A program made the position numbers and the translations under genes. A stretch of 64,000 bases of DNA. Origin: Mantamonas sphyraenae STR306. Its lineage: Eukaryota > Protista > CRuMs. Location of the stretch: positions 124,001 through 188,000 of the forward strand of contig JAPMXV010000001.1 in the NCBI GenBank assembly GCA_026936335.1, in the 5' to 3' direction. Positions 1 through 12,200 of the stretch are shown here, piece by piece; positions within the stretch are counted from its first letter, which is position 1, and each line of letters starts with the position of its first letter. The notes under the pieces were generated by a model that did not search any database, had not been told where the DNA came from, and saw only the letters and a program-made list of their open reading frames with translations.

Positions 1-1
1 C

Positions 2-373
<372 letters not shown>

Positions 374-724
374 TTACGATGTACAGTGCACAAAGCACCC
401 ACGAATGCATTTCGTACAAACATGCGCAGACAGTGACCTGAGCTAAAAGGCACAGGCATGCACTGGTGGCGAGAGGCGGCGAGGTTGCAGAAAACGCTGA
501 TCCGTTTTTTCTCGCGCTCGGTGCCCCGCCAACACTGACAGGGGTCACAAAGGCCACCCGTGCATGCGCACAACACAACACACTCATACAAGGGAACGCC
601 TTCCATCACAATTTCCACATGCATGCATGTCAAAGAACAATGGCAAGTTTGGCAACCAACACACCTTTTTCACTTGCCTCCCGCTGCGCCCACTCGGCGC
701 ATCCGCTTTTGTGTCTCTCCATCA

Positions 725-3003
725 TCACCGTTTTGCGCGCGACACTTGCTTCTCCAAGGCCATTGTGGTTGCTCGTGCGTCGTAGAGCTCCTTCTTGGCG
801 TCGTCGATCTCCTTGCGAGTGTGCTCGGCCGTCGTGGCGCGCGTGCGCAGCACAACCTCCTGCTCCTCAGCACGCAACACATCCAGATAGGTCCAGTACG
901 ACCCCAACTCGCGGTTGATGTCCGACAAGATGGCGTCGAGTTTCCACTCTTCGTTTTCGTCGCTGGCACGCAACGCGGAGGAGCTGCTGGGCGACCCCAC
1001 AGCGGAGCTGGACGACGGGGAGCCCACAGCATCCTGCGTCTGCAGTGACTGCTGCTGTGCCTGCTGGGCCTGCACGGTCCCATTCAAACCGTGAAACTCC
1101 CGGGCGAGGTCGACCAATGGCAAGCCGTCCTTGCCCACGATTGCGTAGTCGTACTGCAGCATAAACTCCGGCAGCACCAGTTTGGGGTTGATCATGACAT
1201 ACTCCTGCGTCACCGGGTCGTACACAGAGTCGTACCCGGCCAGCAGTTCGTCCAGATCCATGCGTTGCAACACTTCACCCTGCTGCAACGTGTACACACG
1301 TCCCACAATCACACGACACAGCACCAGGTAGAAAACCCCATGTCTCCCTCCTCCTTGCGGCTGCTACTCTCCACAAGCACATTCCCCTGCGTCTTGATCG
1401 CCGCAAAGTCCGGACGCGTCGATTCCAGCGTGCTGAACCGACTAAAGTGGAAGGGCCTCTGGATGGACGCCGACATGTCGATGGCCTGGCGTACCTTGAA
1501 CTCGTAGGGGCCATTCGCCGCGCGGTCGTGCCAGAAGCGGGAGAATGCCACGCGGTAGTCGGCCTCGCTTGGATCCCGCAGCCCAAACGTGACCATGCGC
1601 TCGATGGCATCCTCGGGCACCACGCAGAACAGCCCTTTGATGGAGCCTGCATCGTACTGTTTCGCCTTGCGCTGGAACTGGTCCAGCAGGAACAGGTTTT
1701 CGATTTTAAACACATTCAGCACGTTCAGACTCAACGCAGGCTCGCTGGGCAGAAACTTGCTCTTGATATTGTCTGCAGCCACCTGTTTGCAGCGGGAAAA
1801 CAGGGCGTGGCTGGCCTCCAGCTGCTTCAGTCGGATGTAATCGTTCGTTTCCCACGCCAGCGTGTGTGCAAACAGCTTCAGTTCGCCCACCTTTCGCTGC
1901 AGTGCCTCCAGCTTGTCCAACAGCGCTGCTTCTTGCAGTCGCTTGGCATGCGCCTTGGCCACGCGCTCCTTCAGCACACTCTGAAACGCCAGCGTGTGTT
2001 TCGCCAGCGTGCTGTCCAGTTCCCGAAGCTTGGCCGTCGTTTTGTACATGTATGCGCGCGTGGAGATGTTCAGCGGCTGCTGGTGCATGGTACACAGCAT
2101 GTCAAAGTCTGCAATCAGCTGTTGGAACGGCTCCTCCCGCGCACGGAGAAACTCCAGCGCGATCGCCTTGCCGCGATCCAGCACCTCCAGCCGTTCCCGG
2201 AACCGGTTGATCACCGTGGCCGGCCTCCATGTCGACTCCATATAGTGTGACAACCGATATCCGGCCTGTCGTGGCGCTGCAGGGCTCTCGTCTTCCTCCT
2301 CATTGCGCTTGCCCTCCAACCGCGCCGTGCGCAGCACCGACCGCAGATGCTTCTTGCGGTCGATAGACAGGGTGTCCCGCGGTTGGATCACCACAAACCG
2401 GTAGAATGCTTCGGGACTGTCGAATCGAAGCTCCCAATCCGACTCTGTGTCCACATGTGTGTGTGTGTGTGCGTGTGCGAGAGTGAGCCATTTTCGCCTC
2501 CAAACCGTTTGGCGCGCACTGGCTCCTCCGCCGCCCCCACGCAAACGCAACGCCAACTTACCATCCCAGGGCTTTGCCATGGCAATGAGACTCTCGTTGA
2601 GCGACACCGGCAGCCGTGCGAGGACTCCATTGGGAGTCACCCACTCGCCCGAACCCGAGGGCCGCGACGACCGGGTCAACGCCAGATCAACCCCTTTCAG
2701 AGGCTTCTCCACCATCCGTTTGACAAAGGAGCCCACATCGTTGCCCACCACCACGTCACCGTCCAACCCTTGCTCTGCACCCATCTCTTCATCCGTCTCC
2801 TCCTCCTCCTCGCCCTCTTCCTCGTCGTCTTCTTCGTCCTCCTCCTCCTCCTCCTCGCTTGCATACGAGGTCTCTTCATCCTTTGTGCGACCCCCGTTTG
2901 CTCTTCGCTGTCCCGCACGTTCGCTGTACCCGCTCTTGGTGCTCTGCGTTGAGTGTGTCGAGCCCTCTGAGCTTGTCGACATCGAATCGTCGTCGTCGTC
3001 CAT
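725..3003 (-). CDS. Coiled-coil protein with C-terminal PARP/ADP-ribosyltransferase-like fold (probably degenerate)
   Basis: Acidic N-terminus and coiled coil, then VFKIENLFLLDQF..KGLFC..HFSRFS..(FYLV)LCRVIVG..GYDSVY..QEYVMINPKLVLPEF. In-frame intron 2445-2561. One missing base in the C-run at 1336-1339 joins the two ORFs. Confidence 0.6.
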
Positions 3004-3107
3004 CGTCCCGTGCAGAGTTTCCTTGGCGTCGCCAGTGCCAACACGTCACTGATCACACGTACCGCACACAAGGACAAACACACTGCTTGCATTCCGTTCC
3101 AACCCCC

Positions 3108-6100
3108 TCACACACATGCGGCCAGATCCGGCACAATAAACTCTGTGCCGCCGTAGTTGCTGAGAAAGTCAAAGACCAGGACAGAGCCAACCAACTCCAT
3201 GTCAAAGTCAAAGAACATCTTGGTACCTTCGGGTGCCATGGGCACGACGTATCGCCCGGCGACCATTTGGCCCACCAGTTCGCCGCTGCTGTCTGTTTGG
3301 ATGACGCTGACCCGCATGCGTTTCACCTGCGACCTGTACCCGTCCTCCTTGCCATGTTGGACCACCAGCGAGAAGCCGCGGATGGTCCGGTCGTTGCCCA
3401 GTCCAATGTCGTACGACTGACCCTGATTGCGAAGCGACGCCCACGCTGGCTTCGCCTCGTCACGCCGTACTGGTTGCGTGGCCTCCATGACACTCTGGTA
3501 CGTGCTTCGCTGCTCGCTGGTCAGCGTGCTGAATCCCAACATCTCTGCTGCCGGCGGCGCCATTTGCCTGCCGTGCATCAGCAGCCTCCCCAGATGCAGC
3601 GTGCCTCCAGCCTCCACCTGTTCCTCGCTCAGGCTCAGTTCCACCGTCACCACCCTTGCCTTTCGTTGTGCCTCCTCCGCAACCTCCAACTCGATGTGTT
3701 CACCCGCACTCCACAGCGTATCCATCTCCCGCAGGTCCCACCGCCCCACCTCTTCCTTCCGCACCAACAACCGCACCAACGGCGCATCCTTTGCTCGGTA
3801 GCCCTGCACATCGACCAGCACACCCACTTCCGACACCACACAACGCGCAGGCAGCACCACATCGATCGCCACGGCAGACACATTCCGCGGCGCACGCCAG
3901 TACAAATCCAGCGGGAATTCGTCCGCATCAAACAGCACCACTTCCACAGAGGGCGCATTCGCATGGGTGGCCACCTCGTGCAACACCCCAGCACCAGGGA
4001 ACCGAGCAAGGTTGCGCCGCCTGGCCTTTGCAGACCATTGCACGCTGTGCCGTCCACTCGGCGTTAGGGCACCCACCAGCAGGTTTTGGTTCTTCTTGGA
4101 CGTGCCCATGCTTCGCATGCCTGCTTGCTTGGCACTCAGCTTGCTGCACTCTGCCAGCAGCTTGTCCTGCTTGCGCACTTTCGTCGCACAGTCCTTGCAC
4201 ACTGCGTGTGCCTCGCTCCATTGAAACTCTGTGATCGGAGGCGGTTGTGCTTCCATGCATCCGCTACAGAAGCGCTTGTAGCAGTAATGGCACTGACTGA
4301 AGCTCTTGAGCAGGTTCATGCTGCCACACTTTCCGTTTTGGCAGCCCCACGTCTTGTACTTCATGTTCTTCAGCTTCTCCTTCACCTGAGTCACGTCCCG
4401 AGCGTAAATGAACCGGTTCGGATTAAAGTCTTCCACGTTTTGGCCCAGGCCGTGCAGCACGTCGTCCCGCTCCTCCGGCGAAATGTCCAGTTTCAACCGC
4501 ACAAAGTCCAGCTCGAGCACGTCCAGGAAATTCAGCAGGCGAGTCGACGACGCAATGCGTGTGCGCACCAGGTCCTCGTATTGGCCCATGGCATCCCTGC
4601 GCTTGCCCCTGTTGCCGCCACTGCTGTTTCCACTGCTGCCGCTGCTACCGCTGCTCCCGATGCTGCTCTTGCTCAGAAACGGATCCGAGGACGATGACGA
4701 CGACGACGATGACGACGATGACGATGAACCTGTGCCAATCGTGTCTCCTGTCAGCACAATCGGCATGCGTTCGCTCGACGTGCCGTCGCTGTCCACTTGG
4801 TCTCCCTCCAGAACCGATGGACGCAAGCCGTCACCCACGTGTGCCTTGCCTTGACTGCCAGCGCTCATTGTTGAACCCACCACCTCGCTTGCTCCCGTCG
4901 ATCCCTTGCCACTGGCCATGTTGAGAAACATCTGTGCGTTTGGCCTCCCTTCATCCTCGTCCTGCTCGTGTCCTGTTCCCGCGTCTCCATCCACGTCGTC
5001 GTCGTCGTCGTATGCACCTCCTCCTGTGCCGTCCATACGTGTTGAACTCTGCCCTCCGTCCTCGATACGCCGTATGATTCGGTCCACCATCTTGTTGGTC
5101 CTGTGCCTGAGCAGCCGTGCGCTTTGGCCCTCCTCGCCACTCATTCCTCTTCCATACACCTCAACCTTGCCCAGGGTCATGCATGTCTGCACACCAACCC
5201 CAGCAAATGTCAGTTTTACAACGCGATCCAGGCTGGCAAACGCCGGGTCGATGCCTGCAAAGTCGTACGTGTCCTCCGTCTCCCGCGACTCGGTGTCGGC
5301 TGCGGTGAACGGGAAACTCAGCCGCGTCCCTTCGGCGCAACTGGGCAGATTCAAGTGCTGATAGCGCACGTGGAGCCTGTCCAGGTACAGGCCGGATTCA
5401 ATGTCCAGGGTGCTGGGAAACGTGCCCAAGGCGTTGTTCTTGCACACCAGCACCACCTCTGTGATCTGGCACGGCCGTTGCAGCCACACAACCATCTCCA
5501 CCGTTTCCACGCCCACGGGTGTGATCCAACACAGGCCGTCATCGTGAAGCAGGAATTCGGGTGTGTCGATGCTTTCAAACAACGGCACCGCTTTCAGACA
5601 CGGAAGCGGCTTCAGAAAGAAGCTTGGATATGCGCTCATCCACTGCTCCATGCCTTCCACACACGATGGAAAATACTTGGCCAGGTGTGTGCCCAGCATC
5701 ATCTCGCACTGCGCCTGGCGCTGCTGCGCATGCCGCATGCTACCGTCGCGGAGTGCCATCGAACTCATAACTGTGCTTGATGTGGACGTGGACGACGACG
5801 ACGACGACGACGACGATGAAGAACTGGAGGACGTGGATGACGCCGTGCCTGCAGTAGCTCCCTCCAGGCTTCCCTCGCCTGTGCTTGTGTGCTGCGAGTA
5901 CTGACGCATCAGGTCGCTGTGGATTGCTGCCGAGTTGCTGTACAGCTCGCTGGTGATGTCACCCAGACATACGTAAAATTCGGTGAGACATTGCAACTGT
6001 GCGTCTTCCATGGCGTCCACCACATCGTCCAGTTCCTTCTGCAGATACGGCCACGCCTCGTCGTCGCCCTCTTCTCCCCCGCCGCCGTCCTCCTTCATCC

Positions 6101-7841
6101 ACCGCATCTGCTCGTGCAGCAGCTGCAACGACACGAAAAACGTGGCCAAGTTGCTTGTGTCCAGGCCATCGATGCAGTTGAAGCGCAGCAGGCCCTGTTG
6201 TTGCCGTCCTTCACGTTCAAAGTGGGCATAGTGACCCGAGGGACAACGGTTGACGCTGACCTCGTCCACCATGCCTGGTGAGAGTTGGTGCAGGGAAATA
6301 CTGCCTCTGTTCATGCCTGCGTCCACCAGACGATCCCCGAGCTGCGCCCACAGCCCAGCCACCGTCTCCTGGGCCTTGAGAATCTGCAGGTTGTGTGCCC
6401 AGTCGAAACTGTTCATGGAGATGTCCAAGCCACCCACAATGCCCGCCAAGTGACGCAACGACTGTTGAAACGCCTCGCTGAGCACTGTTTGGCCCTTCTC
6501 TGGTTCGCAGGACAGCAAGTTGACGCAGTGGATGGGCACTCGTCCGTACCGATCCAGCAGCGACAGATAGTATACTTCACACTTGTCAAACGGATCGTCG
6601 TCACGAATGACGACGCTGGTTTGGTCGCCGTCGCCTTCGGTGCGCCACCACACGGGCACAGTGCCACGACGCCACACGACCGAGGCCCAGCGCACCTGCT
6701 TGGTGCCACTCCACACCAGCTGTTCACATTCCAGCTCGTTTCCCGGACAGCCCTTGTCGTTGAGTCCACGTGCATAGTGACGTGTGCCCGGGTTCAGGTT
6801 GCTTCGTCGTGCAAGCAGACACGTCGTCGTGCCCGCCACACTGCGGCCCATGGCCATCCCCTGCAACAGCACCACACACCACCGGCGCATGCCCAGCTGC
6901 TCAAACGGCGAGGCCAACCAACTGTTCCAGCAAAACTCTGGATAATACTCGTGCACAGGGTGAGCCGACGGGAACGGACGCGTCAGGTCCAGCGTCTCGC
7001 AGAAGTAGTGCACGCCGTCCAGCGGAAATTGTCGCAGAACCTCCTGCCACACACACACACACGCAAGGGGGGAGGAGACGGATGGCGTGTCAGGGTTCCA
7101 CACAACACAGATGGGAGAGGAAAATGGGAAAGGGGGGGAAAGTGCGACACGTACCAGGTTGGCTGCTTCGTCGTCGGCTGGCAGCTGGAGGCGTTGAAGG
7201 GGCACGGGCACCCATTTGGTTTCCAGGACCGTAAACACCTGGTGAGCGCCAAACAGTACCATGGAGCGCCGGATCTTGGTGGCCACCACAATGTATGCCT
7301 GCCGAGGGTGCTGCACGTAACCCAGGAGAGCATACGCACGCAGCTTCTGCTTGAAGGCCTCCTTCTCGCTTGCGCCGCGCGTCAAGTACGCCAGCGCTGC
7401 CACGTCGCTGGGAAACACATCCACGCCAGCCTGGCCCTGGTGAGACAGAGCCCCAGTGTATGGATCGATGGCAATCACTTGCGAGTTGCGTCGTGTGGAC
7501 AACGAGCTCACCAGATACTGCGTTCGTGTCAGTCCCCGTCTTCACTCTTGGACTCCCTGAATGCACCCTTTGCCACACGTCCGCTGCACACGCATCCCAT
7601 GCTACATTTGCATCTGTCCAACGACTTGCGTTGTGTTGTGCAAGCCCGTCAGCTGTGCCCCTCCCCCTCCAAAACCTACAAAGCGGCCTCTCCGGGTTTG
7701 CACGATGGTGTGCGTCGTCTGCCTCCGCTTGGCCCCCTTTTTCGGTGTCCCTTTGGTCCCACTGCCCGCCGAGGGTGATCCTCGCATTGTCGCGGACGCT
7801 GACGATGACCCTGTCTCGCCTGCAGACGTCGACGTCGACAT
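3108..7841 (-). CDS. SAC9-like SAC-domain phosphoinositide phosphatase with FYVE-like Zn finger (~1486 aa)
   Basis: Exons 7680-7841, 7155-7517, 3108-7043. Motifs VIAIDPYTGAL, YFCETLDLTRPFPS, NPGTRHYARGLN, WRRGTVPVWW, GLLRFNCIDGLDTSN; Cys/His finger CQNGKC..CHYC..CSGC..CKDC. Confidence 0.85.
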
Positions 7842-7968
7842 GGGTTTTGCTTTTTTGTTTGTGACGGTGGGTACGGCTCGCTGAATCCATTCCTTTCTCT
7901 CCACCACCACCACCTCCTCCTCCTCTTCCACTTTCTCTCGTGTTGTCGTCTCGCTTTGCAAACAGGAA

Positions 7969-9224
7969 TCACTTGCTGTTCGACGACGACGATCCACCGC
8001 TCGCGTAGGTCGACGTCCACTCGCGTGCCGTGGCATCGTGCTTCTTCTTGTCCTTTGTGTACAGCTGGGCCACTTCCTCCTCCAGCGGATGCGCTGTCGT
8101 TCCAAAGGGGTCAGTCTCACGTCTCCATTTCCACTGTGTGCGGCGCATCTCGCATCTTCATCGTTCGCCTGAAAAACTTACAAGGGTTCGGGTCATCCAA
8201 CATGCCAATCACAGCTGCAATGCGATTCACACCCATCCATGTCCGTGTCCGCATCATTTCCATCCCGCCAACCCGCGACCGCCGTTCCGTCGTGCCCGTT
8301 GTCCCAGTGCCTGTGTCAGCCGTGCTGCTGCTGCGCAAACCCTCTCTCCCTTGCCAACCAACTCACCCTGCACAGCCGCGTTCAGCGAGTACGTCGGCGC
8401 CCAGCCGTCCTCAAAGATCGACGCACAGATGCTGATCCACGTCCATCCCAAACAGTTTCTGCGTGTCAGCCCACTCTCTTTTGCTCGGATGGTGCCGCAC
8501 TCCTGCACAATTCCCATTTCCACCGGCCTCTTTGCCTTTGCGAAACTCTTTGCCCGCACGCTCGCATCTGCACGCCACACGCCCAGTCTTGCCCTCGCAA
8601 ACCTACCTGCCATCCTTCTGCGCCACGTTCATGTGGTAGATCTTTGTGTTGAAGGTGATCTGCGTGTGTACCCGTCCGTCTTCTTTGTTAGCCGCTTTGA
8701 TCGCCTCCCCTCCCAAAACGCCACCCAAAAAGTGTCCACAACTCTCTCCCTCTCCCTCCCTGTGCACTCCCACAGCGCCACCTACCTTGGGTGCCTTGAA
8801 CGGGTACTGCGACGGGATCGAGATGTCCAGCTTGAACAGACCGCCCTCGTACGGCGTGCCGTCCTGTGTTGTGCAGTTCCGTCGTGCGTTCCGACGTGTC
8901 AGCCTCTCACTCAATTCCGCCGTGCAAACCCCCTCCCTCGGTCTGCCCTCTACTCCCCTCCCGCTCCACGTTACGGCTCCACCAACAACGTACAGGTCCG
9001 TTGAACTCGGCTGTCCAGTTCATCAGGTCATCCTCGCTGTTCGGAGCCAGCGACCCATAGCTGGGCGGGTCAGACTCGAGCTGCTTCTTCTCCTTGTTCA
9101 GGCGCTTCGTGCACTTGGAAGTCGACTACACACACACACACACACACTGTGTCAGCCCGCCAATTGCTCTTTCTGTCTCTCTCTCGTTGCTAGGCAATTG
9201 AACTCGTGTGGAAAACTCTACCAT
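7969..9224 (-). CDS. E2 ubiquitin-conjugating enzyme (UBE2D/UBC4-like, 162 aa, 7 exons)
   Basis: Exons 9222-9224, 8994-9125, 8786-8863, 8607-8659, 8367-8431, 8182-8214, 7969-8093 splice in frame to KRLNKE..GPDGTPYEGG..YPFKAPK..IYHMN..ICASIF..W.P..DPNP..AREWT. Confidence 0.92.
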
Positions 9225-9244
9225 CTTTGTTTTCGATGCCGCAG

Positions 9245-12200
9245 CTAGCGCCCTCCTCGCCCACGTCCTCGCCCACGCACAGATCCTCCTCCTCCTCCAC
9301 GTCCGCCTGCAGAGCGCACCACCACTGTGGCTCCGTTGCGTCCACGTCCACGTCCACCTCCTCCTGTGCCCAGCGTCGATCCGGGCCTTGCACTGCGTCG
9401 CCGTGCAGCCAGCGAGTCTGCAGACACCACAGACGGTCTCGAGGCAGGTGCAGGCGACGCTGCTGCGCTTCCTCCTGCTCCGCTCCCTCCGCTCTCTCCC
9501 ACCCCGGAGCCTGCACTTCCAGCCCCGGCGCCTCCGCCGTCCTCAGACACACGACGTGACTCTGCAGGCACCGCAATCACCTTCATCTGGATGTCTTCAC
9601 CTTCGTCGTCGCTGTCCTCTTTCTTGCCCTTGCCAAAGCCCATGCGCTCCAGCAGGTACGACACCAGGAACGAAATGGAAATCTGAAACACAATGTTCAC
9701 GGGATCGCCGATGGTGCTGTCCTGGATCGTAGCCACCAGCGACGACTTCATCCAGTCGCCTGCCGTCTCCTGCTCAAACTTCAGACCGTACAGGATGTTG
9801 ATGTACAGCACAAAGCCCAGCACAATGCCCGCGAAAATGTAGAAAGCAATCGACGCCCGCTTGCGCTTCTTGGCGTTCTTGATGGCCACCACTTTGTTGG
9901 CGCTCTTCTCCAGCGAGATGAACACTGGCAGCGTCAACACAGACGCAATGATGCCCGCCACAGCTGCTGCTCCCACGCTGCTCTCTCCCTCCGAGTAGAA
10001 CAGCGCGTTCAGCATCAACTGGAACAGGATGCGCACATACATCACCGTCGTGTGCATTGGACGCGTGATCGGATCGTTGGGGTCCTTGTAGAAGATCACA
10101 ATCCACAAGTACTCCCCACTGAATTTCTCCTTGATCTGCCGATACCAGCCCACAATGCCGCTGTTCAGCTCCTCCAACTCCTCTTCCGTGTACTCCACCT
10201 CCTCTGTGTTCTCCACAATGCGTCCGCGCTTGTCGATCGACACTCCTGCAGCCGTCTTTTCCAGCTCGTCCCGCCTGTCGTTGCGTCGCCCAATAAACAT
10301 AAAGATGCCATAAATGAACGTCAGCGACCCCATCACCACAAGTGACGTCGGGTTGTCTGCAATCCCTGCAAGCAGCAGCGCGTCCGCTCCAAACGGATTG
10401 ATGATGTTCAGCTCGGGCAGCGGAATGTCTGCCAGCAACGCCCCGAATGTCGTCAAATGTGTGCACTCGCACAGCGTGTAGTTTTCGTTCCGGTCCACTG
10501 TCTTGCATCCCTCTGTGGAAAACTTTTGCAGCTTCTCGTCCCAGTACTGGCAGATCGGCTGCCGGGCAAGGTTCTTGGCATCGAAATTCTTGGCCGCCGG
10601 CAGCTTGATGCGGATCGGTTCCGTCAGGCCCTTCACCTCTCGGTCTCCGTTCTCGTCACCCAATGACAACGACGACAGCGGCGAAATCAGACCCTGCGAC
10701 GTGTTGCTAAACGTAAACAGGTTCGTTTGCACAGTTTGCAGGCGCGTGTCCACGCACCCACTGCTGCCGTTGAACATGCTCGGCGGCAGACCAAAGTCCG
10801 CTGCTGGCTTGCCCGCCGAGCCGCCTGAGCTCAACGACCCGTTGGCCAGATCGCCAGGGAACTGCCGCGCCGATTTCGCTGCAATGTTGCCTGCCCCGAC
10901 ACCCACGGGCGCCTCGCCACACGCATGGTCCGCCAACACACTGCGCGCCATCTTTTCAAGGCTTGACGTAAGCGTGTTGCTGAGCGACTGGTCTCGCGAC
11001 CCGGGCTTGCTCACGTTGCTTTCTGCGCCCAGCGGGCTCGACGATACGAGATTGTCCAGCGCCTCGGTCACACTCTGACTCGTTCCTGCGCCCATACCCG
11101 TGCCCGTAGACGACGACACCAGCGAATTGATCATGCGTGCGCCGCTGTCCTGCGCTCCGTCCTGCAGGCCCGTGCTGTTCAGCACGAGGTTCACCATCTG
11201 CACGTTGCGGTCCACGTCTGCACGCGACCCAATCACGGTGTTGTTCAGAACCGTGTCCATCGCGTTCAGCATGCCGTTTCGTGCCTCCTGGCCCTTGCTT
11301 TCGGCCGCCGTGTCTTGCGCGTTACCGTTCGCATCCTTCTTTGTGCCCGTGTTGATCAGCGAACTCACACTCGTCACATACTGGCCAATGCGCTCGAAAT
11401 TGCCCTGCTTCACCTGCTCGTCCAGCTTCGTCTTGACAATATCCGCCGCCTTGCCAGCCAACTCGTCTGCGTTGCCCTGCACGGGTGTCACACGCACTTC
11501 CAACTCCACGCGCGTCGACGCAAGCAGCGAATCGTACGCGTATCCCACAATCGTAAGGGTGTCGTTGCGGTCGGGATCGCCTGCAGGCAGAATGGCGGTA
11601 ATCGTCGGCGTGTCCACAACGGCCGAAAGCGCAATCTCTTTGCCCGTAGGATGGATGTATGCAAACGAAAACTTCAACGGCATGTCCTCCGGGTCATCCT
11701 CCCAGTTCAGAAGCGCAAATTGGAATTGTGTGTCCAGCGTCTGGCCAACCTTGGGTTCGACGTCCAGATAGCCCGACGTTGGCGGCGTGTTCATCACCAC
11801 CGTGATGTCTGCCTGGCCCACGCCGTTTGCGTTGGTGCCGCGGACGCGGAACACGTACGTCGAGCCACCCAAGAGCACGTTCGGGTTGATCACCAGGTTC
11901 TGCGATTGGGGCGACGAGTTCAGCACGCCCGGGCGCGAAAAGTTGACGCGGCCCTCCACCACGCTCCACTCGTATTGCACCGGAAACTCCGACTTGGCAC
12001 TTGCCAACAATCGAAGCGGCTCGTCTGCGGGTACCTTGCGCGCCTTGAGCGGCGCAATCGCAAGCAGCGGCGGATTGCCCGGCACAATCGTCACCACACC
12101 GGACGTTGTGTCGTTGCGTCCGGTCTTGCGCACGACGAGGGTGAACGTGTACACGCCTGGCTTGCCCAGCTGCGACGCGGGCATCACCAGCTGCGAGCCA

